64,000 nucleotides of DNA from Cirrosporium novae-zelandiae (Eukaryota): the NCBI GenBank assembly GCA_026023565.1, contig JAPETS010000026.1, positions 372,001 to 436,000 of the forward strand, given 5' to 3'. The position numbers were made by a program, and so were the translations under genes. This document shows positions 63,844 through 64,000 of this stretch, in pieces; the first letter of the stretch is position 1; each line of letters opens with the position of its first letter. The notes under the pieces were generated by a model. That model searched no databases, was not told the origin of the DNA, and saw nothing but the letters and a program-made list of their open reading frames with translations.

Positions 63844-64000
63844 CTAAGTTGTGATATAAAAAGTTTCGTATCCGATAGATAAAGCATTGCTCCACAAGTT
63901 AACATCAAAAAGTCGCCAAAAGCTGATCCTACTATGATCCCACAGAACATAACCCCAATTTCCCATTCCACGGCAGTCGCAGGTGTAGTAAAATGGTTTC
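63844..64000 (-). CDS. Probable 3' end of a hypothetical protein gene (or pseudogene) running off the window
   Basis: Open frame KPFYYTCDCRGMGNWGYVLWDHSRISFWRLFDVNLW...YITT*. 'WGYVxWD..R' resembles the C-terminal motif of an uncharacterised fungal protein family, from memory and not searched. Confidence 0.35.
   Translation of the reverse strand, partial: KPFYYTCDCRGMGNWGYVLWDHSRISFWRLFDVNLWSNALSIGYETFYITT

Noticed and set aside
1..64000. CRISPR arrays, rRNA, prokaryotic operons, intact transposase or RT genes
   Set aside because: None seen. The DNA is intron-containing fungal sequence, and its short repeats lack a repeat-spacer architecture.

Overview
Eukaryotic DNA from a filamentous ascomycete (Pezizomycotina), judged by short GT-AG introns with CTRAY branch sites, Zn2Cys6 transcription factors and an RTA1 gene. 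About 14 intact spliced or single-exon genes can be supported: an EST1/SMG6-like protein with an N-terminal C2H2 finger, ALG5, an F-box/2EXR-like protein, two Zn2Cys6 factors, a DHA1-type MFS transporter, RTA1, an alpha/beta hydrolase, a convergent pair of Nudix hydrolases (one YSA1-like) and several hypothetical proteins. These are separated by long gene-poor, microsatellite-rich or decayed tracts (about 0-6.5, 10-15.6, 38.8-42.6 and 47.7-64 kb). The most notable structure is at 40.2-42.5 kb. A decayed MAT1-2-1-like HMG-box gene, still carrying the Ser-codon intron typical of that gene, is split by a 147-bp insertion with an 11-bp target-site duplication. Two further 5'-truncated copies of the same (CAT)n-tailed retroposon lie nearby, each with its own TSD. 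A 217-bp foldback (MITE-like) element, a recurrent TACCTAGGTA palindrome and an AAA-ATPase pseudogene fragment were also seen. All gene models were read by eye and no database searches were run.
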